This document shows, in pieces, positions 31,590 to 42,200 of a DNA stretch of 64,000 nucleotides (position 1 is its first letter; each line of letters starts with the position of its first letter). The DNA is from an uncultured Gemmatimonadaceae bacterium (GTDB taxonomy: Bacteria; Gemmatimonadota; Gemmatimonadetes; Gemmatimonadales; Gemmatimonadaceae). The DNA lies in assembly GCA_963761305.1 (NCBI GenBank), contig CAVXGK010000002.1, forward strand, positions 3,232,001-3,296,000, given 5' to 3'. A program made the position numbers and the translations under genes. The notes beneath the pieces are model-generated. The model was given only the letters and a program-made list of their open reading frames with translations, was not told the DNA's origin and did not search any database.

Positions 31590-34500
31590 ATGTTCGTCTC
31601 CGACTTTGCCATCCGCCGCCCGATCGTCACAGTAGTGACGATGATCGCGCTCGTCGTCTTCGGCATCGCCGCGCTGACGAAGCTCGACACCGACGAGTTC
31701 CCGGACATCGACGCGCCGATCGTGTTCGTGGCGATCGCCTATCCCGGCGCGGCCCCCGACGTCGTCGAGCGCGAGGTGATCTCGCGCATCGAAGACAAGA
31801 TTTCCGGCATCAGCGGCGTGGACAAGATCAACGCGACCGCCACCGACGGATTCGCCCAGATCATCGTGCAATTCGTCTTCTCGAAACCCGTGGATCAGGC
31901 GACGCAGGACATCCGCGACGCCATCTCCGCGGTGCGCGCTCAACTTCCCGCCGAGATCATCGAGCCGGTCATTCAACGGTTCGACCCGAACCAGCTCCCG
32001 ATCGTCTCGTTGGCGCTCACATCGAGCGTGCTCACGCCCCCGCAGCTCACGCAGATCGCCGACCAGACGATCGCCGGCGACCTGCGCGCGATCGCCGGCG
32101 TCGCTCAAGTGAACGTCGTCGGCGGCGACAGCGCACAGCTCAACGTCAACGTGCGCCCGAACGATCTCGCGGCGGTCGGCGTCGGCATCGATCAGGTCGT
32201 GAACGCGCTCCGCGCGCAGAATCTCGCAGCGCCGGTCGGCAACGTGAACAGCGCGCTCGAGCAGCGGTCGATCCGACTCGAGGGACGCCTCGATCATCCG
32301 GAGGATTTCAGCGCGCTCGTCATCTCGTCGCGCAACGGCGGGCTGGTGACGCTCGGTCAGGTGGCCGACGTCGAAGCCGGCGCCGCCGAGCCGCTGTCGG
32401 GCGCCTTTTTCAACGGCAAACAGGCGATCGGTCTCGACATCGTGAAATCGCGCGAGGCCAGCACGACGGCCGTGGCCGATCGCGTGCGAGCTCGGGTCGA
32501 CAGCCTGCAGCGGCAAATGCCGCCCGGCACGCAGATCGAGGTCGTGCGCGACGCCGGTGTGCGCGTCCGCAATTCGGTGCGCAACGTCCAGGAGGCGCTC
32601 ATCGAAGGGGCGTTGCTCACGGTGCTTGTCGTGTTCCTGTTCCTGAATTCGTGGCGTTCGACGGTGATCACCGGTCTCGCTCTGCCCGTGTCGGTGCTCT
32701 CGGCGTTCGTGCCGCTGTTGATGCTCGGGTTCACCCTCAACACGATGTCGCTGCTCGGCCTGTCGCTGGCGATCGGCATTCTCATCGACGACGCGATCGT
32801 CGTGCGCGAGAACATCGTGCGGCACGTCGAGATGGGTGCCGACCACATGACGGCGGCGCACGAAGGCACCGACGAGATCGGACTCGCCGTGGCCGCGACG
32901 ACGTTCTCGATCGTCGCGGTGTTCGTGCCGGTGGGCTTCATGCCCGGCGTCGCGGGTCAATGGTTCAAACCGTTCGCGCTCACGATCGCCGCGGCGGTGC
33001 TCGTCTCGCTCTTCGTGTCGTTCTCGCTCGACCCGATGCTCTCGGCGTACTGGGCGGATCCACAGCTCGAGGCGCACGATCGACGCAACCCGATCGCACG
33101 CGCGCTCGAGCGATTCAATCAATGGTTCGACCGTCAGGCTGACCGCTACAAGTCGGTGATCGCGTGGGCGCTCGATCATCGATGGACGATGGTGGCGCTG
33201 GCGGCCGCGTCGTTTGTGTTCGCGATCGTGTTGCAGATCACGATCGGCGGGTTCGCGTTCGTACCGGTGACCGATCAGAGTGAACTGAACATCGCCATCG
33301 AGACGCCGCCCGGCTCGAGCCTCGACTATACGTCGCTCAAGGCGGAAGAGATCGCGCGAATGATTCGCGCGCGGCCGGAAGTGAAATACACGTACACGAC
33401 CGTCGGCAGCACGACCGGATCGGCCGAGGCGGACAACGCGACGATTTACGTGAGGCTCGCTCCAAAGAACGAGCGCTCGCTGAGCCAGGACGAGCTCGGA
33501 CAGGTCATGCGCCAGGAAATGCGGCACGTCGGCGGCGCGACGGCGTTCACGTTCGCGTCCGGCTTCGGCGGTGCGCAAAAGCAGTTGCAACTGCAACTGC
33601 AGGGTCCCGACCAGGCCGTGCTCAACGACTACGCCGAGCGCATCGCCAAGATCGTGTCGAGCGTTCCGGGCGCGGTGGACGTCGGACTGTCCACCAAAGG
33701 ACAGAAGCCCGAATTCAACGTGCGTGTGAACCGTGGACTCGCCGGCACGCTTGGCGTGAGTGTGAGCCAGCTCGCCGCGTCGCTCCGATTCGCCTTCGCC
33801 GGCGTGGATGCCGGAACGTGGGTCGATCCCTCGGGCATCTCGCGCTACGTGCACGTGCGACTCGTGCCGTCGGCGCGCGAGAATGCGGCGGACCTGGGGC
33901 AGTTGCCCGTGCTGGTGACGCCGGCGCAGGCCGCGGCGGCCGGCGCGGGAGCGACGCCCGGCACAGGCGGTTCGGGAGTGCCGCAGTTCGTGCCGCTGCG
34001 GCAGCTCGCCGACATCACGCCGAGTACTGGGCCGTCGCAGATCGACCACTACCAGCGAGAGCGCGTGGTGACGATCGGCGCCAACGTCGAAGGCGCGTCG
34101 CTCGGCAACGTGTCGCGCACGGTGCTTCAGGGGGTGAACAAACTGCAACTGCCGTCGGGCTATCACATCTCGCTCGGCGGCGAGACGCAGAGTCAGAACG
34201 AGGTGTTCGGCAACATCTTCATCGCGCTGGGCATCGCGGTGATGCTGATGTATCTGATTCTCGTCGTGCAGTTCGGATCGTTCCTGGATCCGCTGGCGAT
34301 TCTCGTGTCGCTGCCGTTATCGCTGATCGGCGTCGTGCTGGCGTTGATCGTGACGCGCGACACGCTCAATCTGATGAGCCTGATTGGCGTCATTCTGTTG
34401 ATGGGCATCGTGGCGAAGAACGCCATCCTGCTGATCGACTTCGCGAAGTGGGCGCACACGGGACGCGGACTCGACCGTCGCGCGGCGTTGATCGAGGCCG

Positions 34501-34772
34501 GGCGCATTCGGTTGCGTCCGATCCTCATGACGACGCTGGCGCTGATCGCCGGCATGGTGCCGGTGGCGATGGGCCTGGGTGAGGGCGCGGACTTTCGAGC
34601 GCCGCTCGGCCGCGCGGTGATCGGCGGCGTGATCACCTCGACAGTGCTGACGCTGGTCGTGATCCCGACCGTGTACGAGATCCTCGACGAGTGGCGCGAG
34701 GGATTCCTGGCGCGCTTCCGGCGGAAACAGCCGGCGCCCGTGGGCCACGTCGTGCCCGAGCCTGGCGATTAG
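31590..34772 (+). CDS. RND efflux permease (AcrB/AcrD/AcrF family), paralog 1
   Basis: FAIRRP, GILIDDAIVVREN, GIVAKNAILL, RLRPILMTT. Confidence 0.95.
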   Translation: MFVSDFAIRRPIVTVVTMIALVVFGIAALTKLDTDEFPDIDAPIVFVAIAYPGAAPDVVEREVISRIEDKISGISGVDKINATATDGFAQIIVQFVFSKPVDQATQDIRDAISAVRAQLPAEIIEPVIQRFDPNQLPIVSLALTSSVLTPPQLTQIADQTIAGDLRAIAGVAQVNVVGGDSAQLNVNVRPNDLAAVGVGIDQVVNALRAQNLAAPVGNVNSALEQRSIRLEGRLDHPEDFSALVISSRNGGLVTLGQVADVEAGAAEPLSGAFFNGKQAIGLDIVKSREASTTAVADRVRARVDSLQRQMPPGTQIEVVRDAGVRVRNSVRNVQEALIEGALLTVLVVFLFLNSWRSTVITGLALPVSVLSAFVPLLMLGFTLNTMSLLGLSLAIGILIDDAIVVRENIVRHVEMGADHMTAAHEGTDEIGLAVAATTFSIVAVFVPVGFMPGVAGQWFKPFALTIAAAVLVSLFVSFSLDPMLSAYWADPQLEAHDRRNPIARALERFNQWFDRQADRYKSVIAWALDHRWTMVALAAASFVFAIVLQITIGGFAFVPVTDQSELNIAIETPPGSSLDYTSLKAEEIARMIRARPEVKYTYTTVGSTTGSAEADNATIYVRLAPKNERSLSQDELGQVMRQEMRHVGGATAFTFASGFGGAQKQLQLQLQGPDQAVLNDYAERIAKIVSSVPGAVDVGLSTKGQKPEFNVRVNRGLAGTLGVSVSQLAASLRFAFAGVDAGTWVDPSGISRYVHVRLVPSARENAADLGQLPVLVTPAQAAAAGAGATPGTGGSGVPQFVPLRQLADITPSTGPSQIDHYQRERVVTIGANVEGASLGNVSRTVLQGVNKLQLPSGYHISLGGETQSQNEVFGNIFIALGIAVMLMYLILVVQFGSFLDPLAILVSLPLSLIGVVLALIVTRDTLNLMSLIGVILLMGIVAKNAILLIDFAKWAHTGRGLDRRAALIEAGRIRLRPILMTTLALIAGMVPVAMGLGEGADFRAPLGRAVIGGVITSTVLTLVVIPTVYEILDEWREGFLARFRRKQPAPVGHVVPEPGD

Positions 34773-34911
34773 TTAAGTCGAATAGCCGCGGGCCCTACGG
34801 ACGCGCACGCAACACGGCTCAGCCGGCTAGGACACGGATGCGTACGGATCTTGCGAACGCTGGAGGCGGCCTCGGAAATGACCGGGGCGTCTCAACCGTG
34901 CGGAGGAACTC

Positions 34912-35580
34912 ATGTCGATACGCCCTGCTCGAGGCATGGCAATCGTGAGCGCGTGCGCCCTTGGTGTGCTTTGGGCGGCCTGCTCGAAAAGCGTAAGCAA
35001 GACGGACACGCTGGCGACTACGATGGACACGACCAAATCGGCCGCTGCGACGCCGACGCCCGACACCACGAGCATGGCGGTACCGACGTTGACTGACGTC
35101 AACATCGTCGCGCTGCTCGATGAAGCGAACGCCGGCGACAGCACGATGGGCAAGCTGGCCGCGACGAAGGGGACGAGTTCCGCGGTGAAGGAATTCGGCC
35201 GCCAGATGGAGCGCGATCATCACATGCTGCGCGAGCAGGGACAGGCGTTGGCGAAGAAGGAGAATCTCGCGCCGCAGCCGCCGGCGAACGACACGCTGGT
35301 GACCGCGACGAGCAAGATGCACGACAACCTCGACGCGATGGCGAAGGGCAAGGACTGGGACAAGGCGTACATCGACAACGAAGTCGCTGCCCACCAGTCG
35401 GTGCTCGCTCTCCTGACGACGGCGGGTACGTCGGCGCAGGACACGTCGCTCAAGGCGCTGATCGTCAAAGTGCAGCCGCTCGTTCAGGCGCATCTCACCA
35501 AGGCGCAGGACATTCAGTCGAAGCTCGCCGCGACGGCGACGGACACTGGGACGAACGCGATGGGCAAGAAGAAGGGCTAA
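34912..35580 (+). CDS. DUF4142-domain lipoprotein (ferritin-like helical bundle)
   Basis: Lipobox WAAC; VKEFGRQMERDH, DWDKAYIDNEVAAH, HLTKAQ; RBS GGAGG. Confidence 0.85.
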   Translation: MSIRPARGMAIVSACALGVLWAACSKSVSKTDTLATTMDTTKSAAATPTPDTTSMAVPTLTDVNIVALLDEANAGDSTMGKLAATKGTSSAVKEFGRQMERDHHMLREQGQALAKKENLAPQPPANDTLVTATSKMHDNLDAMAKGKDWDKAYIDNEVAAHQSVLALLTTAGTSAQDTSLKALIVKVQPLVQAHLTKAQDIQSKLAATATDTGTNAMGKKKG

Positions 35581-35610
35581 GCGAAGCGAAGACTTACAGA
35601 TAGCTCTGAT

Positions 35611-35648
35611 CTCGCGGCGCGCCCCGTTCACTCGGGTCGCGCCGCGAG
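35611..35648 (+). terminator. GC-rich hairpin after the DUF4142 gene (no U-tract)
   Basis: CTCGCGGCGCG...CGCGCCGCGAG 11-bp stem. Confidence 0.4.
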
Positions 35649-35720
35649 CCGCGTTCGATCCATCGCCCTTGGCCGTTCCGGTCCACCGGCCCACAAGACC
35701 ACCAGCAGGTTGTAAAGAAA

Positions 35721-35736
35721 GTAAGTAGGTACTTGC
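35721..35736. promoter_or_regulatory. Putative TetR operator
   Basis: gtAAGTA-GG-TACTTgc inverted repeat in an AT-rich tract about 35 nt upstream of tetR. Confidence 0.55.
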
Positions 35737-35769
35737 ATCGTGGTTGCGAACCGTCTACGGTTCGCTCCC

Positions 35770-36384
35770 ATGGACATCCGCGACCGAATCCTCGACGCAG
35801 CGAAGCGTGTGTACGCCCAGCACGGCTTCCGGGGCGCAACGACGCGCCTCATCGCGATTGAAGCAGACGTCAACGAAGTCACGCTGTTTCGAACATTCGG
35901 CTCCAAGGCCGCGCTGTTCGAGACGCTGATGAAGGCGCACAACGCGCAAACTCCGGTTCCTCCTCTCCCAGAGGAGCCGGTGGATCCCGTCGCGGAGCTG
36001 ACGGACTGGGTGCGCCGCGTGCTGGCCCACCTGCGCGAAAATCGCTCGCTCATCCGCACCTCGATCGGCGAGGCAGAGGATCGTCCCGGCGCCGCGACGA
36101 CGATGTGCGAGGGGCCGACCTGCGCCGGCCGCATCCTGTCCGACTACGTGCGGCGGCTGCAGACGCGTGGAATGGCGGACCCGGCTGTCGACGTCGAAAC
36201 CGTTCGCGCGATGCTCCTCAGCGCGATGTTCGGCGACGCGATCTGCCGAGAGGTGATGGCGGGTGTGTTCCCCGAGCCTGAATCAGAAGCGGCAGCGAAG
36301 TACGTAGGCATCATGGTGCGGGCGCTCGGCATCGGGCGCGGCGCGCGCAAATCGAACGTCGCGCGAGTAGTCGCCGGAGACTGA
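35770..36384 (+). CDS. TetR/AcrR-family regulator
   Basis: RDRILDAAKRVYAQHGFRGATTRLIAIEADVNEVTLFRTFGSK HTH. Confidence 0.92.
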   Translation: MDIRDRILDAAKRVYAQHGFRGATTRLIAIEADVNEVTLFRTFGSKAALFETLMKAHNAQTPVPPLPEEPVDPVAELTDWVRRVLAHLRENRSLIRTSIGEAEDRPGAATTMCEGPTCAGRILSDYVRRLQTRGMADPAVDVETVRAMLLSAMFGDAICREVMAGVFPEPESEAAAKYVGIMVRALGIGRGARKSNVARVVAGD

Positions 36385-36416
36385 CGCGCGGGCATGACCT
36401 CTACCCACCGAGTCAC

Positions 36417-38087
36417 ATGAAGACCGTAGGCCACCATCGCATCGCGCGAGCGGTCGTCACGCTCGCCACGGCGCTTGCTTGCGCCGGTCCACTTGTCGCA
36501 CAACAAACTACCCCCGCCGCAAGCGCGGCCGTCGGAGCCTCCGTTCGGCTCTCACTCGACGACGCGCTGCGGATGGGGGAAGCGCAGAGTCAGAACGTGG
36601 AAATCGCCCGCTCGAGCGTGGTTCGCGCGAACGGCCAGCGGTACCAGGCGCGGAGCCAGCTCTTTCCGCAGCTGAACGCCACGGCCGCCTATAGTCGCAC
36701 GCTCCAATCGCAGTTCTCGAGCTTCAGCGGCACGGCGACGGCTGTTGACACGACGACGCCGAAGGTCCAGGCGGTGTGCGCGCCGAACATTCCCGCCGAT
36801 GCCACGCCCGACCAACGGCTCGCCGCGCTTTCACAGGCGACGACATGCCAGTCGTCGAGCTCCTCGGCATTGGGGTTCAATCTGAGTCAGACGAGTTTCG
36901 GCGCGAGGAATCAGTGGACGGGTGGTCTGAATTTCTCCCAGAACGTCTACACCGGTGGCCGCATTGCCGCGCAGACCGACGCCGCGAGCGCCCAGGTTCG
37001 CTCGGCCGACATCGAAGTGTCGGCGCAGCGCGCACAAGCGGCGCTCGACGTGGCCTCGGCGTACTATGACGCGGCGCTGGCTGACCAGCTCGTCGTCATC
37101 GCCGACTCGTCGGTCGCGCAAACCGCGATCGTGCTCCAGCAGACGCGCGTCGCTCGACAAGTCGGCAACGCCGCGGAGTACGATCTGCTGCGCGCGCAGG
37201 TGACGCACGACAACGAGCTGCCGGTCGCGATTCAGGCCCGCGCCAATCGCGAGGTCGCGTACCTGCGGCTCAAACAACTGCTCAACATGCCGCTCGAACG
37301 TGTTGTGCAGCTCACGACGCAGATCGAGACGCCCGACGGTCCGACGCTCCCGGCCATCGCGTCGAACGTCGCCGACACCTCTACGGCGTTGCGCGCGCCC
37401 GTGCGCGAGCTCGATGAAGCCGTCCGCGCATCCGAAGCGCAGGTGCGCGTGACGCGCAGCGAGCGCATTCCGTCGCTGTCGGTCGTCTCGGCGTATCAAC
37501 GTCTCTACTTCCCGACGCAATTCCTGCCCCAGGCGAACTTCGGCGTGAACAACTGGACGGTCGGTCTCCAGACGAGTTTCCCGATTCTCGACGGCGGGCG
37601 GATCAAGGGTGACCAGCTGATCGCGCAGGCAGGGGTGCAGCAAGCGAAGGCGCAGCGCGAGCAGACGCGCCAATTCGCGGCGCTCGACACGCGAGTCGCA
37701 CTGAATCAGCTCGCCGAAGCGCAGTCCTCGTGGGAAGCGAGCAAGGGCACGGCCGAACAGGCGCAGAAGGCCTACGCCATCGACGAAGTGAGACTCCGCG
37801 AAGGCATTTCGACGCAGACGGACCTCACGCAGTCGCGGCTCCTGCTCGAGCAGTCGCTCGCGAACCGCGCGCAGGCGGCGCGGAATCTGGCAGTGGCGCG
37901 CGTGCGTCTGGCGCTCATCCACGACTTGCCCATTCAGCAGACGGGCACCGGCGCGGTGTCGGCGCAGAACGCGACGGCGCAGCAGCAACAACAACAGCAG
38001 CAGCAATCCCAACAACAAACGAACTCAAGTCAGGCCGCGGCCTCCACCACGGGCGCGGGCGGACCACCAGGGGGCATTCAGCCATGA
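36417..38087 (+). CDS. TolC-family outer membrane efflux protein
   Basis: Signal peptide, LSLDDAL, ARSQLFPQLN, QNVYTGG, FPILDGG; poly-Gln tail. Confidence 0.9.
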   Translation: MKTVGHHRIARAVVTLATALACAGPLVAQQTTPAASAAVGASVRLSLDDALRMGEAQSQNVEIARSSVVRANGQRYQARSQLFPQLNATAAYSRTLQSQFSSFSGTATAVDTTTPKVQAVCAPNIPADATPDQRLAALSQATTCQSSSSSALGFNLSQTSFGARNQWTGGLNFSQNVYTGGRIAAQTDAASAQVRSADIEVSAQRAQAALDVASAYYDAALADQLVVIADSSVAQTAIVLQQTRVARQVGNAAEYDLLRAQVTHDNELPVAIQARANREVAYLRLKQLLNMPLERVVQLTTQIETPDGPTLPAIASNVADTSTALRAPVRELDEAVRASEAQVRVTRSERIPSLSVVSAYQRLYFPTQFLPQANFGVNNWTVGLQTSFPILDGGRIKGDQLIAQAGVQQAKAQREQTRQFAALDTRVALNQLAEAQSSWEASKGTAEQAQKAYAIDEVRLREGISTQTDLTQSRLLLEQSLANRAQAARNLAVARVRLALIHDLPIQQTGTGAVSAQNATAQQQQQQQQQSQQQTNSSQAAASTTGAGGPPGGIQP

Positions 38088-39223
38088 ACCAGCGTAAGAG
38101 CGACGCACGTCGCGGCACTACCACCACCGCGATCTTGACGTTCGCGCTCGTCGCCCTGGCCGGATGCAAGGGCGCCGACACGGGGAAGGCTGCGACGACC
38201 ACGCCGGCGATGCTCGTCGGTCCGGAGAACATCGCGGTGGTGAAGGGCGAGCAACTGCGCTCGGGCCCCGCGCTTTCGGGTACGTTGCAGCCGGAAGAGC
38301 AGGCGAACGTCCGCGTCGAAGTGGCCGGAACCGTGTTGCAGACGTACGCCGAAGCGGGCCAGCACGTGACGCGCGGGGAAACGCTGGCGCGCATCGACGA
38401 CGCGACATTGCAGGAAGCCGTGCTTTCCGCGCAGGCGGCGACGACGACGGCGCAAAGCACGGTCGATCTCGACAAGAAGCAGGTCGACCGCAACACCGCG
38501 CTCCTCAAAGCCGGCGCGATCGCCGACCGCGACCTCGAGATGTCGCAGAACCAGTTGAGCGCCGCGCAAGCACAACTCGCGAACGCGCAGTCGTTGCTCG
38601 CCAACGCGAAGAAGCAGCTCAGCAAGGCGACGATCGTCGCGCCGTTCTCGGGCATCGTCAGCGCGCGGCAAGTGAGCGCGGGCGACGTGTTGCAACCCGG
38701 TGGCGCGCTCTACGTGATCGTGAATCCGGCGACGATGCGCCTCGAGGCGTCGGTGCCGGCGGATCAGCTGTCGTCGATTCGAATCGGCGTGCCGGTGGAT
38801 TTCACGGTGAACGGCTATCCGAACCGGGCGTTCACCGGACACATCACCGCGATCAACCCCGTGGCCGACCCGGCGACGCGCCAGGTGCGCATCATCGTGT
38901 CGCTGCCGAATGAAAACGGCGCGCTCGTGGGCGGTCTGTTCGCCGACGGTCACGTGGCGAGTGAAGTACGCTCGGCGCCCGTCGTGCCGATCGCGGCCGT
39001 CGACGAGCGCGGGTTGAAGCCGTACGTCATGCAGATCAGGAACGGGCTCGTGACGAAGACGGAAGTGGAGCTCGGCATTCGCGACGCGGCGACCGAGACG
39101 GTGGAGATCAAGAGCGGCGTGCAGGCGGGCGACACGATTCTCCTCGGCGCGGCGCGCGGCATCTCGGAGAAGACGCCGGTCAAGGTCAGCGCGGTGGCGG
39201 CTGACACGGAGCGCAAGCAATGA
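38084..39223 (+). CDS. RND periplasmic adaptor (membrane fusion protein)
   Basis: ATGA overlap with tolC stop; lipobox LAGC; G-V-lipoyl motifs, IVAPFSGIV, INPVADPATR. Confidence 0.92.
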   Translation: MNQRKSDARRGTTTTAILTFALVALAGCKGADTGKAATTTPAMLVGPENIAVVKGEQLRSGPALSGTLQPEEQANVRVEVAGTVLQTYAEAGQHVTRGETLARIDDATLQEAVLSAQAATTTAQSTVDLDKKQVDRNTALLKAGAIADRDLEMSQNQLSAAQAQLANAQSLLANAKKQLSKATIVAPFSGIVSARQVSAGDVLQPGGALYVIVNPATMRLEASVPADQLSSIRIGVPVDFTVNGYPNRAFTGHITAINPVADPATRQVRIIVSLPNENGALVGGLFADGHVASEVRSAPVVPIAAVDERGLKPYVMQIRNGLVTKTEVELGIRDAATETVEIKSGVQAGDTILLGAARGISEKTPVKVSAVAADTERKQ

Positions 39224-42200
39224 TCATCTCGGATTTCGCGATCAAGCGGCCGCTCATCACCGTGGTGACGATGGTCGCTATGGTGATCTTCGGACTGTTC
39301 GCGTTGCTCAAATTGAAGACCGACGAATTCCCGGACGTCGATCCGCCGTTTCTCACGGTCGGCATCGTGTACCCGGGCGCGTCACCAGACGTCGTCGAGA
39401 GCGAGGTGTTGAAGCCGGTCGAGGAACAGATCGGCTCGATCTCCGGCGTCAAGCGCATCATGGGCAAGGCGTACGACGGCTACTCGATGATCATGATCGA
39501 GTTCTTCTACGACAAGGATCTCAACGTCGCGTCGCAGGAAGTGCGCGATGCGATCTCCGGCGTCCGCGAGGATCTGCCGATCGAGATGAAGGAGCCGATC
39601 GTGCAGAAGTTCAACGACACGGACCGTCCGATCGTGTCGCTGGCGATCTCGTCGACAGTGCTGTCGCCGCCGGAGCTCACACGCTTGGCCGATCCGGGCA
39701 TCACGCGCGAGCTGCGCGCGCTGCCGGGCGTCGCTGACGTGCAGATCTTCGGCAAGGTGGAGCGCGAGCTCACGGTCGAAGTCGACCCGCACAAGCTGCA
39801 AGCGGCGAACATCAGCGTCGCCGAAGTCGTGCAGGCGCTCCAACTGCAGAACCTCGCGGCACCGGTCGGCCGAGTGAACGGCGATCTCGACGAGCGCGCG
39901 ATTCGCTTGCGCGGTCGTCTCGACAATCCGGCGGAGTTCGAGAACCTCATCGTCGCCGACCGGAATGGGCAGCTCGTGCGGCTCGGACAGGTCGCGACGA
40001 TCAAGGACGCGACGGAAGAGCCGCGCACGCTCGCGCTCTACAACAGCAAGGAAGCGATCGGCATCGACGTGAAGAAGGCGAAGGGTTACAGCACGACGGA
40101 CGTCGCCGATCGCATTCGCGCGCGACTGGACCAGATCGAACCGACGCTGCCGAAGGGCACGAAGTTCGACCTGGTGAAGGACTCCGGCGAACGCGTGGAC
40201 CACGCGGTGAGCAACGTCGAAGAGGCGTTGATCCTTGGCGCGGCGCTCACAGTGCTGGTCGTGTTCCTGTTCCTGAACTCGTGGCGATCGACGGTCATCA
40301 CCGGCGTGGCGCTGCCGATTTCGGTGCTGGCGAGCTTCATCGCCGTGTGGGCGCTCGGCTTCAAGCTGGAGACGATGTCCCTGCTAGGCCTATCGCTCGC
40401 GATCGGTATCTTGATCGACGACGCGATCGTCGTTCGAGAGAACATCGTGCGACACGTCGAGATGGGGAAAGACCATTTCACAGCGGCGCACGACGGCACC
40501 GACGAGATCGGCCTGGCCGTCGCCGCGACGACCTTCTCGATTCTCGCCGTGTTCGTGCCGATCGGCTTCATGCCGGGCATCGGCGGTCAGTGGTTCAAGC
40601 CGTTCGCGCTGACCATCGCATGCTCGGTGGCGGTGTCGCTGTTCGTGTCGTTCTCGCTCGACCCGATGCTGTCGGCGTACTGGGCGGATCCGCACAAGGC
40701 GCCGCACGAGCGCGCGTGGATCACGCGGCAGCTGGACAAGTTCAACCACTGGTTCAACGCGCGCGCCGAGGACTACAAGAAAGTCATCGCGTGGGCGCTC
40801 GACCATCGCACCGCGATGGTGTTGATGGCAGCGCTGACGTTCATCGCGTCATTTTTCCTCCCGTCGTACGGATTGACGGGTCTCGGCCTGGCCGTCGCGG
40901 CAATCGCCATCATCGTGTTCGGGATGACGAAAGCGGGGCTCAATCGTGCCACGCGGAGCGCGGTCATCGCGATTGGATCCATCGGCTACGTGTACGCGGC
41001 AGTCACTTCGTTCGGCATTGCTCCGCGGGCCTTGCAGCCGATCCGCACGGTCGGCACGGGTTTCTTCCCGGAAGACGACCGCGCCGAGTTCACGATGGCC
41101 CTCGAAACACCGCCGGGCTCCAACCTCGAGTACACGCGACTCAAGGCCGAGGAAGCGGCGCAGATCGCGCGCGCACACACGGATTTGGTGAAGTACACGT
41201 ACACGACGCTCGGCAACCAGGCGACGGGCGGCGTGGACGAAGGGCACATCTACGTGCGGCTCGTGCCGAAGGACAAGCGAAGCCTGTCGGCGGAGGAATT
41301 CGCCGAGGTGCTGCGGCACGAGACGAAGCGCATGTCCGGCGCGACGATCTCGATCTTCACGAACGATCTCAACGGCGGATTCAAGGCGATTCAGCTGCAG
41401 TTGCGCGGGCAGGACGTGGCCGCGCTGGCGGAAGCGGCCGACATGGTGAAGGCCGGCGTCGAGAAGATTCCCGGCGCGGTCGACATCGGCCTGTCTACGA
41501 AAGGACAGAAGCCGGAGCTCGAAATCGATCTGAATCGAGGTGTCGCCGGTTCGGTGGGTCTCACCGTGGGACAGGTCGCGCAGTCGCTGCGCCCGGCGTT
41601 CGCGGGTATCGACGCCGGCTACTGGATCGATCCGAGCGGCAAATCGCGCAAGGTCACCGTGCGACTGACGCCCGAATCGCGCCAGCGCGCGTCGGATCTC
41701 GAGCGCTTGCCGATGGTGGTGCAGGGACCGAACGGGCTTCCGGCGACGATGCCGCTCGGCCAGATCGCGACGATCAAACCGGGCGTTGGTCCGGCGATCA
41801 TCGACCACTTGAATCGTGAACCGGTCGTGACGGTCGAGCTCAACACGTCGGGACGCGCCGCCGGTGACGTGACGGCGGACATTCAGACGATGCTCGGCAA
41901 GATGCGCCTGCCACCTGGCGTGCGGTACACGATCGGCGGCGACGCCGAATCGCAGGCGGAGGTGTTCGGCCAGATTTTCTCGGCGCTGGGACTGGCTGTG
42001 TTGTTGATGTATCTGATTCTCGTGGTGCAGTTCGGATCGTTCATCGACCCGATCGCGATTCTCATGTCGCTGCCGCTGTCGTTGATTGGCGTGATGATAT
42101 CGCTTGCGATCACCAAGATGACGATCAACATCATGAGCTTGATCGGCGTGATCTTGCTCATGGGCATCGTGGCGAAGAACGCGATTCTGCTGATCGACTT

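Noticed and set aside
31308..34166. 952-aa minus-strand ORF
   Set aside because: Antisense shadow of RND paralog 1, typical of high-GC codon bias
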